Shown: one piece after another, positions 1 to 12,811 of the stretch
Numbering within the stretch: position 1 is the stretch's first letter
Layout of the letters: the number at the start of each line of letters is the position of its first letter
DNA from: Cycas panzhihuaensis
Lineage: Eukaryota; Plantae; Cycadophyta
NCBI GenBank assembly: GCA_023213395.1
Contig: CM041465.1
Coordinates: forward strand, 130,269,741 to 130,333,740
DNA length: 64,000 bases
Direction: 5' to 3'
Translations under genes and position numbers: made by a program
The notes under the pieces: generated by a model
Told to the model about the DNA's origin: nothing
Seen by the model: only the letters and a program-made list of their open reading frames with translations
Database searches by the model: none

Positions 1-3000
1 TGTGGCCATTAGGACGTCCATTATGGACATCTTGAGAAGTTATCCCAAACAACGGACACTCCTTTTGGAAGCTTTAGGGTTGGGTGATGTGCCCATTCAC
101 ACTTTAGGTATTACCCAAAGCCATGAGCCCGTCATTTCTTTTGACCCTAAAGACCTTCCCCCTACTTGTGAAAGGGAACGCTAATGGAACTTCCCTTTCA
201 CTATCACTATTGACACACTAGACTATACCTTGCGAAAGACTGTTATCGACAATGATTCTTCTATTAATGCCATGCCCTTGTGCATTATATAAGAGCTTGG
301 TATTTCTGCCCTGGAACATGTTCCATAGCGATGCCAAGGCTACGACGGTAGTGAAAAGACTCCATTGGGATCTGTTTCGATCTCACTCACTCTTGAGGAA
401 AAGACAATCCTTGTTGACATTGTAGTCCTTGACATAGACGTTGACTACAATCTTCTTTTGGGTCGACCATGGCTCAATCAGATGGGAGCCATGTGTTTGA
501 CCCACTGGAGGCAACTTAAGTTCATCCACGATGGACGAATGAGGGTTGTTTCCCGTGAATGCCCACCTGTTAAACAAACTCGTCCTACCAACCAAGCAAG
601 CCATGGTCATACGAAGGGGGACAAAGGCCCTTCTACTCATGCCTCGGCTTGCTCCATCGGCATAACCGATTCATCCCATCTTGAAGAAGATCCTGCATCT
701 TCTTCCTCTAGCCTTACTCGCTTTGCTCTTATTGGTGTCAGGAGCTATGGGTACCTTGCCTTTTTTAGTGACGACGAGTCCCAGGGCGAGGACGATGACT
801 TTCCTCACCTCGTCTCCTTCCTCTGCACTAGTAGAAGGCACCCTTCTTGTTCTAGGTCCCAACCTAGAACTCCTCTTATTGGAGAGACTAGTCATCCCCT
901 TGTGTCACATGTCATTGCACACATTGACCTACAGGTCCTGGATTTTTCCTCTCCATTGCCTCCTATAGGTGATGGCCTTAAGGAACTTCCTTTTGCTCCT
1001 TACGAGGAGCCCCTTCCTGACTCTCCCTTAGAGTCTTTTGGGGATGTTGGGCAACCGACAGACCATCGTAGCTCCATTGCTCTAACTTCCTCCAGCACCT
1101 CATCTATTTGAAGTAAGGTCATCCACATAGTGGATTACTTCGAAGATGATAAGGCTTTACTTGAGCACTTAGCGGGCTACACGCCCAACTTTCCTTCTGG
1201 TCACCATAGGCTTGGCCACTAAAAGGTCTTGGTAATTGGGTCCACACTTGTCGACTCAATTCCATCCCCTGTTCTGTCTCTTCCTGTTGACCTTGCCCCT
1301 CTCCATTTCGAGGAGGGGAATGCCATGTGCATGGGGGCGACCCAGGACATAGTCCTAGCCCCAGGCAAGGTCATTAAGATAGGGGTGGAATGCTCTCCTG
1401 ATGAGGTAAGAGAATATTCCCTTTTGTTCCAAAAATTTCGGGATGTCTTTACGTAGGATTACTCTGACATGAAGGGAATCGACCCCTCCATTATCACCCA
1501 CAATCTCACTACTGTTCCTGGCGCCCGCCCCATGCGCTAGAAGTAGCGTCCTCTTAGCTGCTGTTAAAATGGAGGTTGAGAAACTTTTGGATGTGGGACT
1601 CATTACTTCTATTGACTATCCTAAATGGGTATCCAATATCGTTCCCATTGCTAAAAATAACGGGACTATCTGGATATACGTTGATTTTCGTGATATCAAC
1701 AATGCATGTCCCAAAGATAACTTTCCACTCCCTTTCATCGATCATATTATTAATCGAACTACCAGATTTGAAGTCATGTCCTTGATGGATGACTTCTCCA
1801 GCTACAATTAGATTCAGATCTCTCCCGAAGACCACCACAAGATGGCTTTCACCACCTTGTGGGGTACTTTTGCCTACAAGGCAATGCCCTTCAGCATAAA
1901 AAATGCAGGCACCATTTACCAAATGGCAATGCATTTTATCTTCCATGACCTCATCGACGACACACTGGAGGTCTTTATGAACGACATGATGGGTCTCTCA
2001 CGTATCAGGGCCCACCATCCTTCGAACTTACGGGCCATCTTTACGCGGTGCCACAAGTACCACGTAAGCTTAAACCCACTCAAATGTGTGTTTGCCGTCA
2101 CTTCTGGCAAACTCCTTGGGTTCCTTGTATTAAAGCAAGGAATTCAGATCGACCCTGACAAAGTTAAGGCGATCCTTGACATGTCGCCTCCTAGAACTCA
2201 GTGACAAATCAAGTCGTTTCTAAGTAGACTCGGTTTCATCAGGTGTTTCCTGGCAAATTTCATCGTAAATGCCAAACCCTTAGCCAATGTATTGAAGAAG
2301 GGAGTCTCGATTGTTTGGTCTGATAAGACCCAACAAGCCTTCGAAGGACTTAAGGAAGCCCTTGCTTCCACTCCAACATTGGCGCCCCCTTGCTTTGATA
2401 GGCCTTTCATTCTCTACATCTCGGTAACTGATGAGTCTTTGGGCGCCATGCTGGCTCAGGAAGATGATTCGGGAGTCGAGAGAGCCATTTACTTTATTAG
2501 TCGCACTCTCGTGGCTGCTAAACTCAACTACTCTCTGGCCGAGAAGGAACGCCTCTCCTTGGTTTACGCTACCAAGAAGTTTAGGCACTACTTGCTCGGT
2601 AACACTACCAAGATGATCGTCCAGTCTGATCCCTCATGATATCTACTCACTCGTTCCAACCTGACTGGTCGGGCTGGTCGTTAGGCTATCCTTCTTTAGG
2701 AGTTTGATCTCCATATCGTCAACCAAAAATCGTAGAAAGGGATGGTAGTGGCTAAGCAACTCACAGATGCCCCCGTTCCTAACTCGCTTGATGCCCTTGT
2801 TGACGATTCCCTTCCTGATGAGTCTATCTTGACCATTCAAGGCACTCCTTCCCATCCACTCATTAATAGTGAGTGGTATGGTGACATCGTGTAGTACCTC
2901 ACACAATAGTAGTACCGCCCTGAAGCCAGTAATAAGGTTAGATCTGACATTCAGACCTCTGCTAGGCAATACTTCCTCATGGATGAAGGTTTATACAAGA

Positions 3001-4117
3001 TGTCTTTTGATGGGATTCTCCTATGTTACATCATCACCGATGAAGCAGACCAGATACTCTACGAATGCCATCATGGCATATGCAGGGGCCACTTTGCGGC
3101 CAATCCATGGCCCAGAGGATCCTCTGTATGAGCTACTATTGGCCATCCCTCTTCAAGGACGCCCATGCCTATGCTTTGAGATGTCAGTGATGCCAAGAGC
3201 ATACCAACATCTCCCACGTCCCTTCCGAGGCTCTTCATCATATCATATCTCTATGGCCCTTTGCTCAATAGGGTCTAGACCTCATTGGGGCCATATCGCT
3301 ACCCTCTTCGTCGCAGCATAAGTTCATCTTGACTGCCACTAAGTACTTTACTAAATTAGTGGAAGCTATCCCTCTGATTACCACCCCTAGTAAGACAATA
3401 GCTACTTTCGTCTACCAACACATCATTTGTCGCTTTGGGATTCCCGACGTCTTGATCACGAACAACAGAACCCCTTTTCGTAACAAGGAGATGGATGAAC
3501 TTTGTGAGAAATTCAAAATCTCTCACAAAACTTCTTCCCCTTATTACCCCCAGGCAAATGGTTAAGTTGAGTCATTCAACAAAACTCTTGTTAATATCTT
3601 AAAGAAAATCGTTGCTCAATCTCAAAGAGATTGGCACCTTCAGCTCCCTTCCACCCTATGGGCCTACCGTACCTCCATTTATGTCGCTACAAGAATGGTC
3701 CCATTCTCCCTAGTTTACGGGACTGAAGTGGTACTCTCATTAGAAGTGGAGATTCCCTCTCTACGAGTTTCCCTTCGAGGTCTCATCGATGAGGAGTCGA
3801 TCCGTCAAGCTCGCCTCCTAGACCTCGAAGCCTTGGATGAGAGACGTTTAGCCACCTACCAGGCTAACCTCGCATCCAAGGCCCGCTCGCAAAGGACCTA
3901 CGATAAACACCTTCGTTCTCGTCCTTTATATCTTGGGGACACAGTCCTCAAGTTGGAATATCTCCACAACTGCTTAACTAAATTTGGACCCAAATGGATG
4001 AGTCCCTTTGTCATTCTCGAGAGTCTCAATAATGGCACCTATAGGATCACTATCCTAGAAGGCCTTGAATTTGAGAAAGCTATTAACGGGAAGTTCCTTA
4101 ATAAATTATATACATGA
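1..4117 (+). pseudogene. pol: Gypsy pol (protease, RT, RNase H, integrase) with stops and frameshifts
   Basis: YNLLLGRPWL (PR); WVSNIVPIAK, VDFRDINNACPKDNFPLPFID and VFMNDMM (degenerate YxDD) (RT); PFILY..LGAMLAQ and NYSLAEKERLSLVYATKKFRHYL (RH); IICRFGIP..SSPYYPQANG and FGPKWMSPF (INT). Confidence 0.95.
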
Positions 4118-4848
4118 ATTCATCGTCACCTCCCTCACGCTCCGCAATGAGCCTAAACTACCACCCTAAGCTTGCTCCAGTTCCTCCTAGCCATAGGCAG
4201 AACAACAGCTTAGAGTGGCCTCCTCATTCCTTTTTTTTTCTGGTTCCTCACGCGAAACCCTTGTTCCCATTCCTCTTGGGACCTTGTCTTCCTATTTGGG
4301 CATCCTCCAGTTAGGATGACTTATTGGAGTGTCTTCACTCTCCTTCTATTTGGCATTTCCTTTGTATATCTCACTATGCTCCCATGTGGGCATGTGTGTT
4401 GCCTTGTTTCCTAGCCCCACATATATTTATTGCCTCTACTCATGGTGATCGTGTGTGCTCCTGTTAGGAATATGGCCCTGCATGAAAGGAAATACGCATA
4501 ACTTAAACAAATATCATAGCATAAAACTCATATAATAATCAACTTAAAATACAAACATACATATCCTCGTGCATCCGTGCACCCTCATACACATGCATAA
4601 ATGTGTAATAGAAATATACATATCATCCATCACATATTACATATGCATCATCATATATCAAATGGGGTACCAATCACCCCACCTATATACATCAAAATAA
4701 TCATGTGTCATATCATACAAGTGGTATGGTACATCATCTGTGGGAAGTTAATGTCCTTGAAAGGAGGGTACAATCATGTGACTACATATGGTGACTCCCT
4801 GGAGGTCTGTGCTTTCCCCTGGCTAAAACAAAACTCCTATATACTACT

Positions 4849-7280
4849 CTACTTCTGCCCCACCCCTGGGACATCATCTCCTAGTCGATGTGACCCCTCT
4901 CCTGGGGACCACATCCCTCTGAGACTCCTCCTTAGTCTCCAGGAGCCTCCTGCACCGCTCTCCTCATCATGTGGCCTCCTCGGAGTCATCGCCACTGTGT
5001 GGGTATATGTCCTGCTTTGTGCTAACCTCGATGCCACCTCATTTACCAGTCAATCGTATAGGGCCTGGATATGATCTTGATCCATCTCTACACTGCGGAG
5101 ACTCTCCTCCATTCCTCTGAGACGCTCCTCCATCACCGCTAGCTGGATGCAACCATCCATATCCCCTCTGGCTCCTCCTTGAGCCTCTAGTGCCTGTACC
5201 TGACTCTGTAGCATATCTCTCTAAGTTTGGGTCGTGTCCACCGTCATAGCTCATCCCAAGACGCATTGTGCTCCTGGGACTCCATAATCCATATGTCTCT
5301 CGCCCTTATCAATGAGGTGAATGCTGCCATGTAGGCGCCTGTCGATCTGGGCTCATCGCCTACCTAGATGTGAGGCTACCCCTCTGCGTAGGCTCGAGGG
5401 AATATCTCTCAGACTATTGCCTCCACCAGTCTCTGGATATACGTTGTACCTACAATCCAACATCGTGTATTAGTACATGTCCATACGTGTATCAAATCAA
5501 AATCAAACTATATACATCTGGCAATTAAACGACGACAGGAGAAGGTTATGTCTCACCTGGTGTGGCTGTCAGCTCATCTACTCGGGTGACTGCCTTTGCC
5601 TCGGGCACTCCACCAACTGTAGGTACCTCCTCCTCCTTAGCCACCACCTCAACAACTAGGGCATCCTTCCTCTCTTCGGCTAGCACAACTGCCTCTCTAG
5701 ATCTCCTAACGATCTACAGCCTGCGGGCCAGTGTCATTGGACCCCTGCTCTCCTCTGCAGCTCCTGATGGACCTGCCTCTCTGCCTGCAGTCCCTGATGG
5801 ACCTGCCTCTCCTATAGCTCATGATGGGCTGGCTCCATCACCACCCTCGTCATCTCCTAGGGGCACTCCTGCCCCACCTGCCTCATCATCACTATCCCAC
5901 CTCACCGCTCTATACGGATATGCCATGTAGTCTGTCATGGTGAGGAGGTCTAGTAATGTGGCCTCCACCGAGCGACGGACGTGAGCCTGGTCCTTGGTCC
6001 CTCTGAACCTAGTCTGCCACGTGTACCATTGGGGCCCACTCTGAAACAGGGTGTGGTCCCCCTGTTGGTGCCACTGCTCCAAAGTGGTTGAAGAACGAGC
6101 ACTGTAGTAATGTACTATATGACAGTCTGCCCCTCCCTGCTACCTAAATGGTGTCCAGCTATGCGACGAGGTTCACCGCGATGAGGGTAGCCTAGTCCAT
6201 CCGCTCTCCTGCTTCGCATCAGTGCACTGCATCCATCCAACCACCTGGAATATTCCTATAGTTCTGTTTCTGGGATATCCAGAATAAAACACATAATGTA
6301 ATCAGTTTCCTAACCCGAGGAACCCCCAACATCATCATACTCTGGAGAGGAATCCCTCGCCTCTCCCACATGTCCAAGCTTGTGAAATAAGTCACAGCCT
6401 CCCTATGTGTTACCTCATTGCTAGGCAACGCTCCTAGTATCACTGGCCTCCCTGTCGCTGGTACCCTAGTATCCTCCTAACATCTCCTAGTGTCACCAAT
6501 ACGTCTCCCACTTGGGGTAGGTGGAAGATGTGTCTCTGCCTGTCCTAATGGGATACTATGTCTAACAACAATCTCTGATCTGATGTGTACTAGGGTGTCC
6601 TCGTGACCTTCAATAAGCCACATCTTAGTAGTATCTGCCTGTCCTCCCTCGACATCACCTCTAAGAAACTGAGCGTAGCCATACCTATGTTCTCGTGATC
6701 ATCCATCGTGATCACAACCTGCAAAATGCCATGAAACGAGTCAAAACTCTGATGTATCCTCATCCCTCATCCTCTAGACTGTCTCTTGTCCTTGCTCAGT
6801 CGAGATTTGGGGACCCTCAAGGCCCCATCTTCTTTTTTTAGTAACTCTGCCTTCGCACTGTGCCAAACTTCGCGGTACTGTAGAGTTTGGCCTGGGTCTC
6901 ACGATGATTGGGGCCCCGTGGTAAAGATCACAGCACCATGATCTTTACCGCGATGCAAGCGTCACCCCCCCAAAAGTGGGGGTTTTCTACCTAAAAAACT
7001 AAAAAAATTTCCCCATGGGCCACAGCCAGGCCCACTAGGACCACAGCTGCCTAATGCTCTAGTCCTGCCTCTCTTTTGGTCCAATTTGGACTCTTAAAGA
7101 TCTTTTTTCGCCCATATGGGGCCAAAAACTACGAACAAAAACCATTAAACTTTAAACCATGAAATGGGTTGAGGCTTCAAGGATCCACTAACTAGATCTA
7201 GTTCAAGTGCTCGCCATCTCGTCTCCGTGATCCCAACAACTATCTCCTAGCTCTGATCTAATGGTCGGATCTCTCTCTAT
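4849..7280 (-). pseudogene. Antisense extra gene of the Tat element encoding an aminotransferase-like plant mobile domain (PMD) protein, with 2 predicted introns (6719-7192 and 5450-5556)
   Basis: Minus-strand translation LLLDIVSH*DRQRHIFHLPQVGDVLVTLGDVRRILG...YSTLLQCSFFNHF resembles the PMD motif W...TFHLP.GE.TVTL.DV..ILG...LLQ.W. Splice signals CTA|GTTAGT and TTTTGCAG|G, CAG|GTGAGA and ATTGTAG|G keep the frame. Confidence 0.75.
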
Positions 7281-7376
7281 GTGTCCTCGAAGTTAAGTGG
7301 CGCTCCGCTGCGTAATGGAAGGGCTCTGGATTCGTTCGAGAGCCCGTGAAAATGAATCCCATTTTCATCGATTTTC

Positions 7377-7384
7377 TTTATATA
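7377..7384 (-). promoter_or_regulatory. Putative TATA box for the antisense PMD transcript
   Basis: CCTATATAAAG on the minus strand, about 190 bp upstream of the first predicted donor site. Confidence 0.4.
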
Positions 7385-7924
7385 GGTGGGGGCCTCGACG
7401 GGCACCTTCTCCATTCCCACTTCTATGGAAGCTATTGAGATCATTTTGCGTCCTCGACCATCTTTGCCTGCTGGCCCTATTTCTCGTTGCACTTCCATAG
7501 CCTTCGTTTTTACTCATTCCTTCGGATGCATTTATGGCGTCTTACCAACGCATATTTTACAGGGCCCCTTTGTCTCGTTTTACGTGTCTCTCCCGTGCAT
7601 GCCTAAGTTTATACGCGTTTGGCTCATCTCGCTGTCTTGGACTCGTTTTTGCAGCCTGTTCCTACCCCTGGGGTCTCCAAAGGGAATGCTCCCTCCGTTC
7701 AAAGTCATTCTTTGCTTTCTTAAGCAACCTTTAGTATCCCAGGGTGCCCTTTTACCGCCCGCTCTCAACTAGTGGTCGGATAGCCTGCTCTTATTCTTGG
7801 GTAGCCTCATTGCTAGGTCCTCCTACCCTTCATGGCCATTTACTACTTGCCATACGAGCCTTTTTTTTGCTTTGACTCCTACCTTATTGTACATTTTCTC
7901 TACCGAGACATTTTCCTTTCTCTC

Positions 7925-8330
7925 GTCCATGGTTCTCTACATCTTACTGGCGGCGGAAGCCGCGGTAACCCTGGACCTTCAGCTGCCACATGGATTCTTC
8001 ATGGCCCTTTTGGACATGATTTCCTGCGTTCCAGAATCTTCCTCCCTAAGGCCACCAATAACGAAGCCAAGTACACAGTCATTATCGAAGCCCTCACTGA
8101 TGCACTCCATTTCCATTAAGGATCTATTATTCTTCTTTGTGACTCCCAGGTGGTGGTGTCCCATCTCACCCAGGTTTACTAGGTGCAATGCCCTTACTTG
8201 AGAGCCCTTGCTTCAACCATCAGGTCTGCTAGTTTGTTTCCAGTCTATCGACATCTGACACATCCCTCGAGCCCTCAACATTGAGGCAGACTGCCTCGTC
8301 TGCCTCATCCTTGAGCATCAGCTTCCTCTT
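7925..8330 (+). pseudogene. Additional (archaeal/plant-type, RVT_3-like) RNase H of the Tat element, located 3.8 kb downstream of integrase
   Basis: LTGGGSRGNPGPSAATW...ATNNEAKYTVIIEAL...CDSQVVVSHL...HIPRALNIEADCL, i.e. the RNase HI motifs DGxSxGNPG, TNNxAEY, DS and HxxRxxNxxAD. Confidence 0.88.
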
Positions 8331-9786
8331 CTTGCTGACCACCTTTAAGACTTGCCTGGTTGCCCTGTCACCCGAGTCTCAGGTCATCTTGCATCTCACC
8401 TTGCAATCTGTTTACACTTCTGAAAGCTAGCCACTAATGAGGTTAAACTATGGCGACTACCAGGTTTGCTCATTCACCTAATATCATCATGCACTTCTCT
8501 TTGCAATTTTGTGATGAGGGCAGCCCCCTCATCTTTCTTAACTTCCAGTCGATTCTCAGGTAGCACATAGGCAGCCCCTATGTTGACTCCACCCCTGTCC
8601 TCATATCCACGTGTTCCGCCACGACACTTGCTGGCACCATTGACTCTTGCTGTGATCATGATTTATATATATACATATACATGTGCTACTAACAGTTTTG
8701 TTGCCAACATTCGCCATCGCACCGTGCTTCTGAGTAATGAGGCTCTGCTGCCAAGGGAGCAATGTTTCCCAGCTACTAGGAATGGATATGGACAGGTTGA
8801 CTCAGGTAAGCATAGGTATGCTTCTTCCTTTTCACTTTTATTGTTTCTTTGCAAAGGTTGACCGAAGTATTGCCTCATTGCATGACTGACTACTTCATTT
8901 TGTATAATCACCTTGCATCCATTTGCCTTGATCGTGCTGCTTATCATATTGTGAGCCTATGACGACTAGTGGGACCTACCTCTCTGCCAGGCAGGCATCC
9001 CCATGGCACTCTATGACCCTCCATGCTACCTCCACATCGCCTTAAGCTTCACTTGATCTGTATGACCCGTTCATACCCTGACCTCGCGTCATTGTCATGA
9101 CGTTTCCCAGACCTTTAACCTTTGATACTACTTTTGGCCTTGTTCACATACCTTCTGGACTGTCCCTAGCCACCTGCACAAGAGGGCCAGCCACTCTATG
9201 GCCTACCACATCAGCTTTTTAGGCTCCTGGAACCCAGATTATTACCATTTTGGCTTTCTAGTCCCACACCGTTGTAAACTTAGCGGCACCACAAAGTTTA
9301 CCACGGTGCGACTGTTGCAACTTATTTTTGAAAACTATCATGGTAATTCTCACTTTTTCTGTGGAGTTTCCATGTGGCCTCATGCCTAGCTCAGCCCTAT
9401 TCGTGTCCTATTCGCTTGTTTAGGGTTGAGATGGGTATAAATCTTAAAATGATCATCATTTTACCTCTCTTAGATCTTTTGGCTCTCCAACATCATCTTC
9501 CACTGTTGCAGTTCCTGCTCTTCTCTTCTGTCCTTTCACAGGTGCGCCTGCAGGCCTACATTTCCTGCTGCTCCAGTCCAGGATCCGCCTGAAACAGCTC
9601 TTCTCCGTGGTGGGAATTTTCTCTCCAGGCACTCTCAAGCAAGTTTTGCGTGATTCTCTTCCAAATATGCCCCAGCAAGTATCTCCTACGGCCGCCTTTA
9701 GGGAATCCTCCTGCAAACCCTACAGGAACTCTTTCTCTTCGCTGGTTGTAGGGGCAAACCTACCCTAGACTCAGCCCAGCAGGTAC

Positions 9787-10484
9787 TGTAGGTCCTATTT
9801 TTAGAGTTTATTGTGTATTATTTCCATATTAGACTCATTTCCAAGTGTATTTTCTTACTTTCCTCCTATTTGGTTGTAGTAAACATTATTTTCCTTGAGT
9901 TTAGCATTGTATCTTCAGATTTTCACAATTTCTCTGCTAGTTTTCCTCAAGAAAGTAGCGGAAGAAGATCCATAAAGGTTGGGTGAAGGGAGTAAGGCAA
10001 GATCTGTCCCACTTAGGCCTACTCGCCAAGGGTAACCCCCTTCCCGCCTTTCTTCTCCTGCTTCATGCTTTCCTTGGGTCAACTAGCAGAAGGTGGAGCT
10101 TAGGCCTGCGCTGGATTATCAGCGTGTGCAGCCCTTACTATGCTAATTCCAGGCTTGCACGCCTCTCTTTCGGGCCCCCATAGTACCCCTAACATTGCTT
10201 GGCACCCCTTAAAGACCTTGGTCGAGGTTTATATACCGGATCGCTGCCCAAGGTGATTTTGTTATCTTGATGCTTCTCCAACACTTTGCTACACATATCC
10301 TCATGTTTGTTGGCTATCATAAGTTACCATTTGTCCTTACCTTGTTGTGCTAAAAGGCTATGTGGAGAACCTTAGTGGAGGGTTTGGCCATCCAGAGGCT
10401 TCCCTTCCCTCTTTCTTGCTTGATATGTGTGTTTGCTTGAGGAAAATTGAAGTTATTTACAACATATATATATATATATATATG

Positions 10485-10569
<85 letters not shown>

Positions 10570-10997
10570 TCTTTTGGCAGCCTCTTCTTGGAAGGGATAA
10601 GCTCTTGTATATGCAGGTTGACGTGGCATTTTCGCAAAGGGAAAAGGCGTCTAGATCTGGGTAAGCTTTACCCTCATTTTTTCCTTTGCTTTATTTGCTT
10701 CCTTTTTGTTTCGCTTTCTTTTCATAAGGGGAAGGTAAGGAATCCCCTGTCCTTCACATCGATCTTGATCACACATTCATCGGTTGGCGAGAGGGCGTGC
10801 ATTGTGCATAGGTGAGGTCTTCTGTCGACCGCTACACCTCCCGGGTACGTACCATCTCTCTCTCTTCACCCCTCCATTTTCCTTTCTTACTTTTATTTAA
10901 AATCTATACTCTAGTTTAATAGATCACATGAAAGTGAAAGGTTAATGATATTGGTTACTTGCATTTATACGTCATATGCTTGTCCACACCTTCAACA
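9787..10997 (+). repeat. Probable 3' LTR of the Tat element (left boundary uncertain), containing (TA)n at 10464-10567
   Basis: TGTAGGTCC... start and ...TTCAACA end, followed by an abrupt switch to AT-rich LINE sequence. No second copy in the window and no clear PPT. Confidence 0.45.
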
Positions 10998-12300
10998 TCC
11001 ATTGTTGACTACTATTATTCTTATTGAGCATAGTGACTATCCCATAGATGCTTATCTAGTTCCCAAACATTATGATTGAATTTAGTGTTCCAAGTTCTAT
11101 CGATCCCCTCTTCTAACTAGATATAGGGCATTAATAGCTTTTATAAATAAGATTTAGAGAACTTATTAAAACCTTTAGCTAAACACCAAGCCTAATCTTT
11201 TAATCATTTAGGGTGGGTAGTAACCACCTAATTAAGAATTTGGTTTATTGGGAAGATGTTCTATATTTTCTATAGAATAAACTTATTTGATTTCTCTTTA
11301 TTGAAAGTCTTATTAAAGATCAAAGCAATCCCTCTACTAGCCCTTCGCTAGGTGAAAAGTTGTCTTATTGTATAATTGTCTTTCCTACCTAGTAATTTTT
11401 CTTTGAACAAAGGGATCTAACTAAGGCTTTTTTCAAGTTTAAGGATAATTTAATACCATTAAATGAAGTTATCTCTAATTGAAAAACCTTTCATGGACTT
11501 CTATTTTCAAGGAACTATTTATAACCTTCCTAGATAGACTAAGTGCATTTGAAGTTAAATGACCCTTTGACTTTAATAACCACTAAGGTAGTTAACATAA
11601 TGTGGATAATTGGCAATAACTAGTTTATATAGGGAAGAGTTATGGAGGAGAGATTACTCCTTGTAAGAACCTTCTATACCTCCTTCTCTTCTCTCACTTA
11701 GAAATCCATTTAACATATAATGTAAGGCCCTATTTTCTAACATCAATAATACCTAAACCTCCAAATGCTTGTGGTTTGACATCAAATTTCCTAATTGAAC
11801 TAATTAAAGCCATTGACCTTGCCTAAATGAACATAAGTAATCTCTTAGGAGTTTGTCTGATTGACTAGTCTAGCCTAACTAGTCATGTGCTAGCCCCATT
11901 TAGGGGGATAGAAGTAGAAGCAGCCACAAAGAGGATTTGGGTTAGCCTAATAAGTTTGTCTCCAAAGTCAATAATAGACAATATTTTAAAGATGAACAAC
12001 TACTTAATTCTATCATAGGCCTTTTTAAAATTAATCTTCATTAAGAGGAATCTTAATTCCATGTCTTTCCTTATAGTGATGGGATTATCTAAGATATATC
12101 TCCCTTTAACAAAATTTGTCTATTTTGGCTTGACTATCTTCATGGGAATATATTTGATATTTTTGGTTAGAGCTTTGGCTAAAAGCATATAGGAGACATT
12201 AAACTAGATAATTAGTCTCTAACTATTGATCACCTCAAAATCACCACCCTTCAAGATTAACTTGATTATATTCTAATTGATTTCTACTCCTAGGAATCTA
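10998..12300 (-). mobile_element. Degenerate L1-type LINE reverse transcriptase fragment
   Basis: Minus strand IKLILKGGD...FNVSYMLLAKAL...TNFVKGRYILDN...MKINFKKAYDRI. Confidence 0.75.
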
Positions 12301-12811
12301 ATAAGAACATAAAAGATTCTAGTATTTTTCAAGATAGTATCTATCAAAAAAACTCCTATAGGTCTACAATAACATAACCTTGTCAAATTCTACTTCAATT
12401 CTATAACTTACTGCTATTTAAAGCTTTAAGATCTATAACACAAAGACATATAACATATGATTGTGATATCCTTCTATCAAAAAATGATAATATCAAATTA
12501 AAATATGCTTTAATGGTGAAGCATCTCGAGAAGGAGGGTATGGCCCTAACCTTAATTAATATTAACTAATTATTGATTAAAGGGGTATTATATGCTTTAT
12601 TTATTATATCTATTCATAAAAAGACAATAAGATAAATATATCAAATATTTTAATATTCATATCATGAAATAATTATTTAAATATATTTATCTTTAAATAT
12701 TTATTACGCTTTAGTGTATTCTTAGAGACACCCTTTCAAATTAGTTGAGCATAATATTTCTCTAGTTGTAACCTATTAGGTTCACAATATTATCAAAAAT
12801 TAATGCTACAA

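Larger units (their letters stand above)
1..10997 (+). mobile_element. Ty3/Gypsy non-chromovirus (Tat-like) LTR retrotransposon, 5' part outside the window, decayed
   Basis: Domain order PR-RT-RH-INT, a long 3' region with an antisense PMD ORF and an extra RNase H, and an LTR-like end ...CCACACCTTCAACA at 10997. Confidence 0.85.

Noticed and set aside
681-968. Signal-peptide-like 95-aa ORF (MKKILHLLPLALLALLL...)
   Set aside because: Alternative frame of the PR-RT linker of the Gypsy pol
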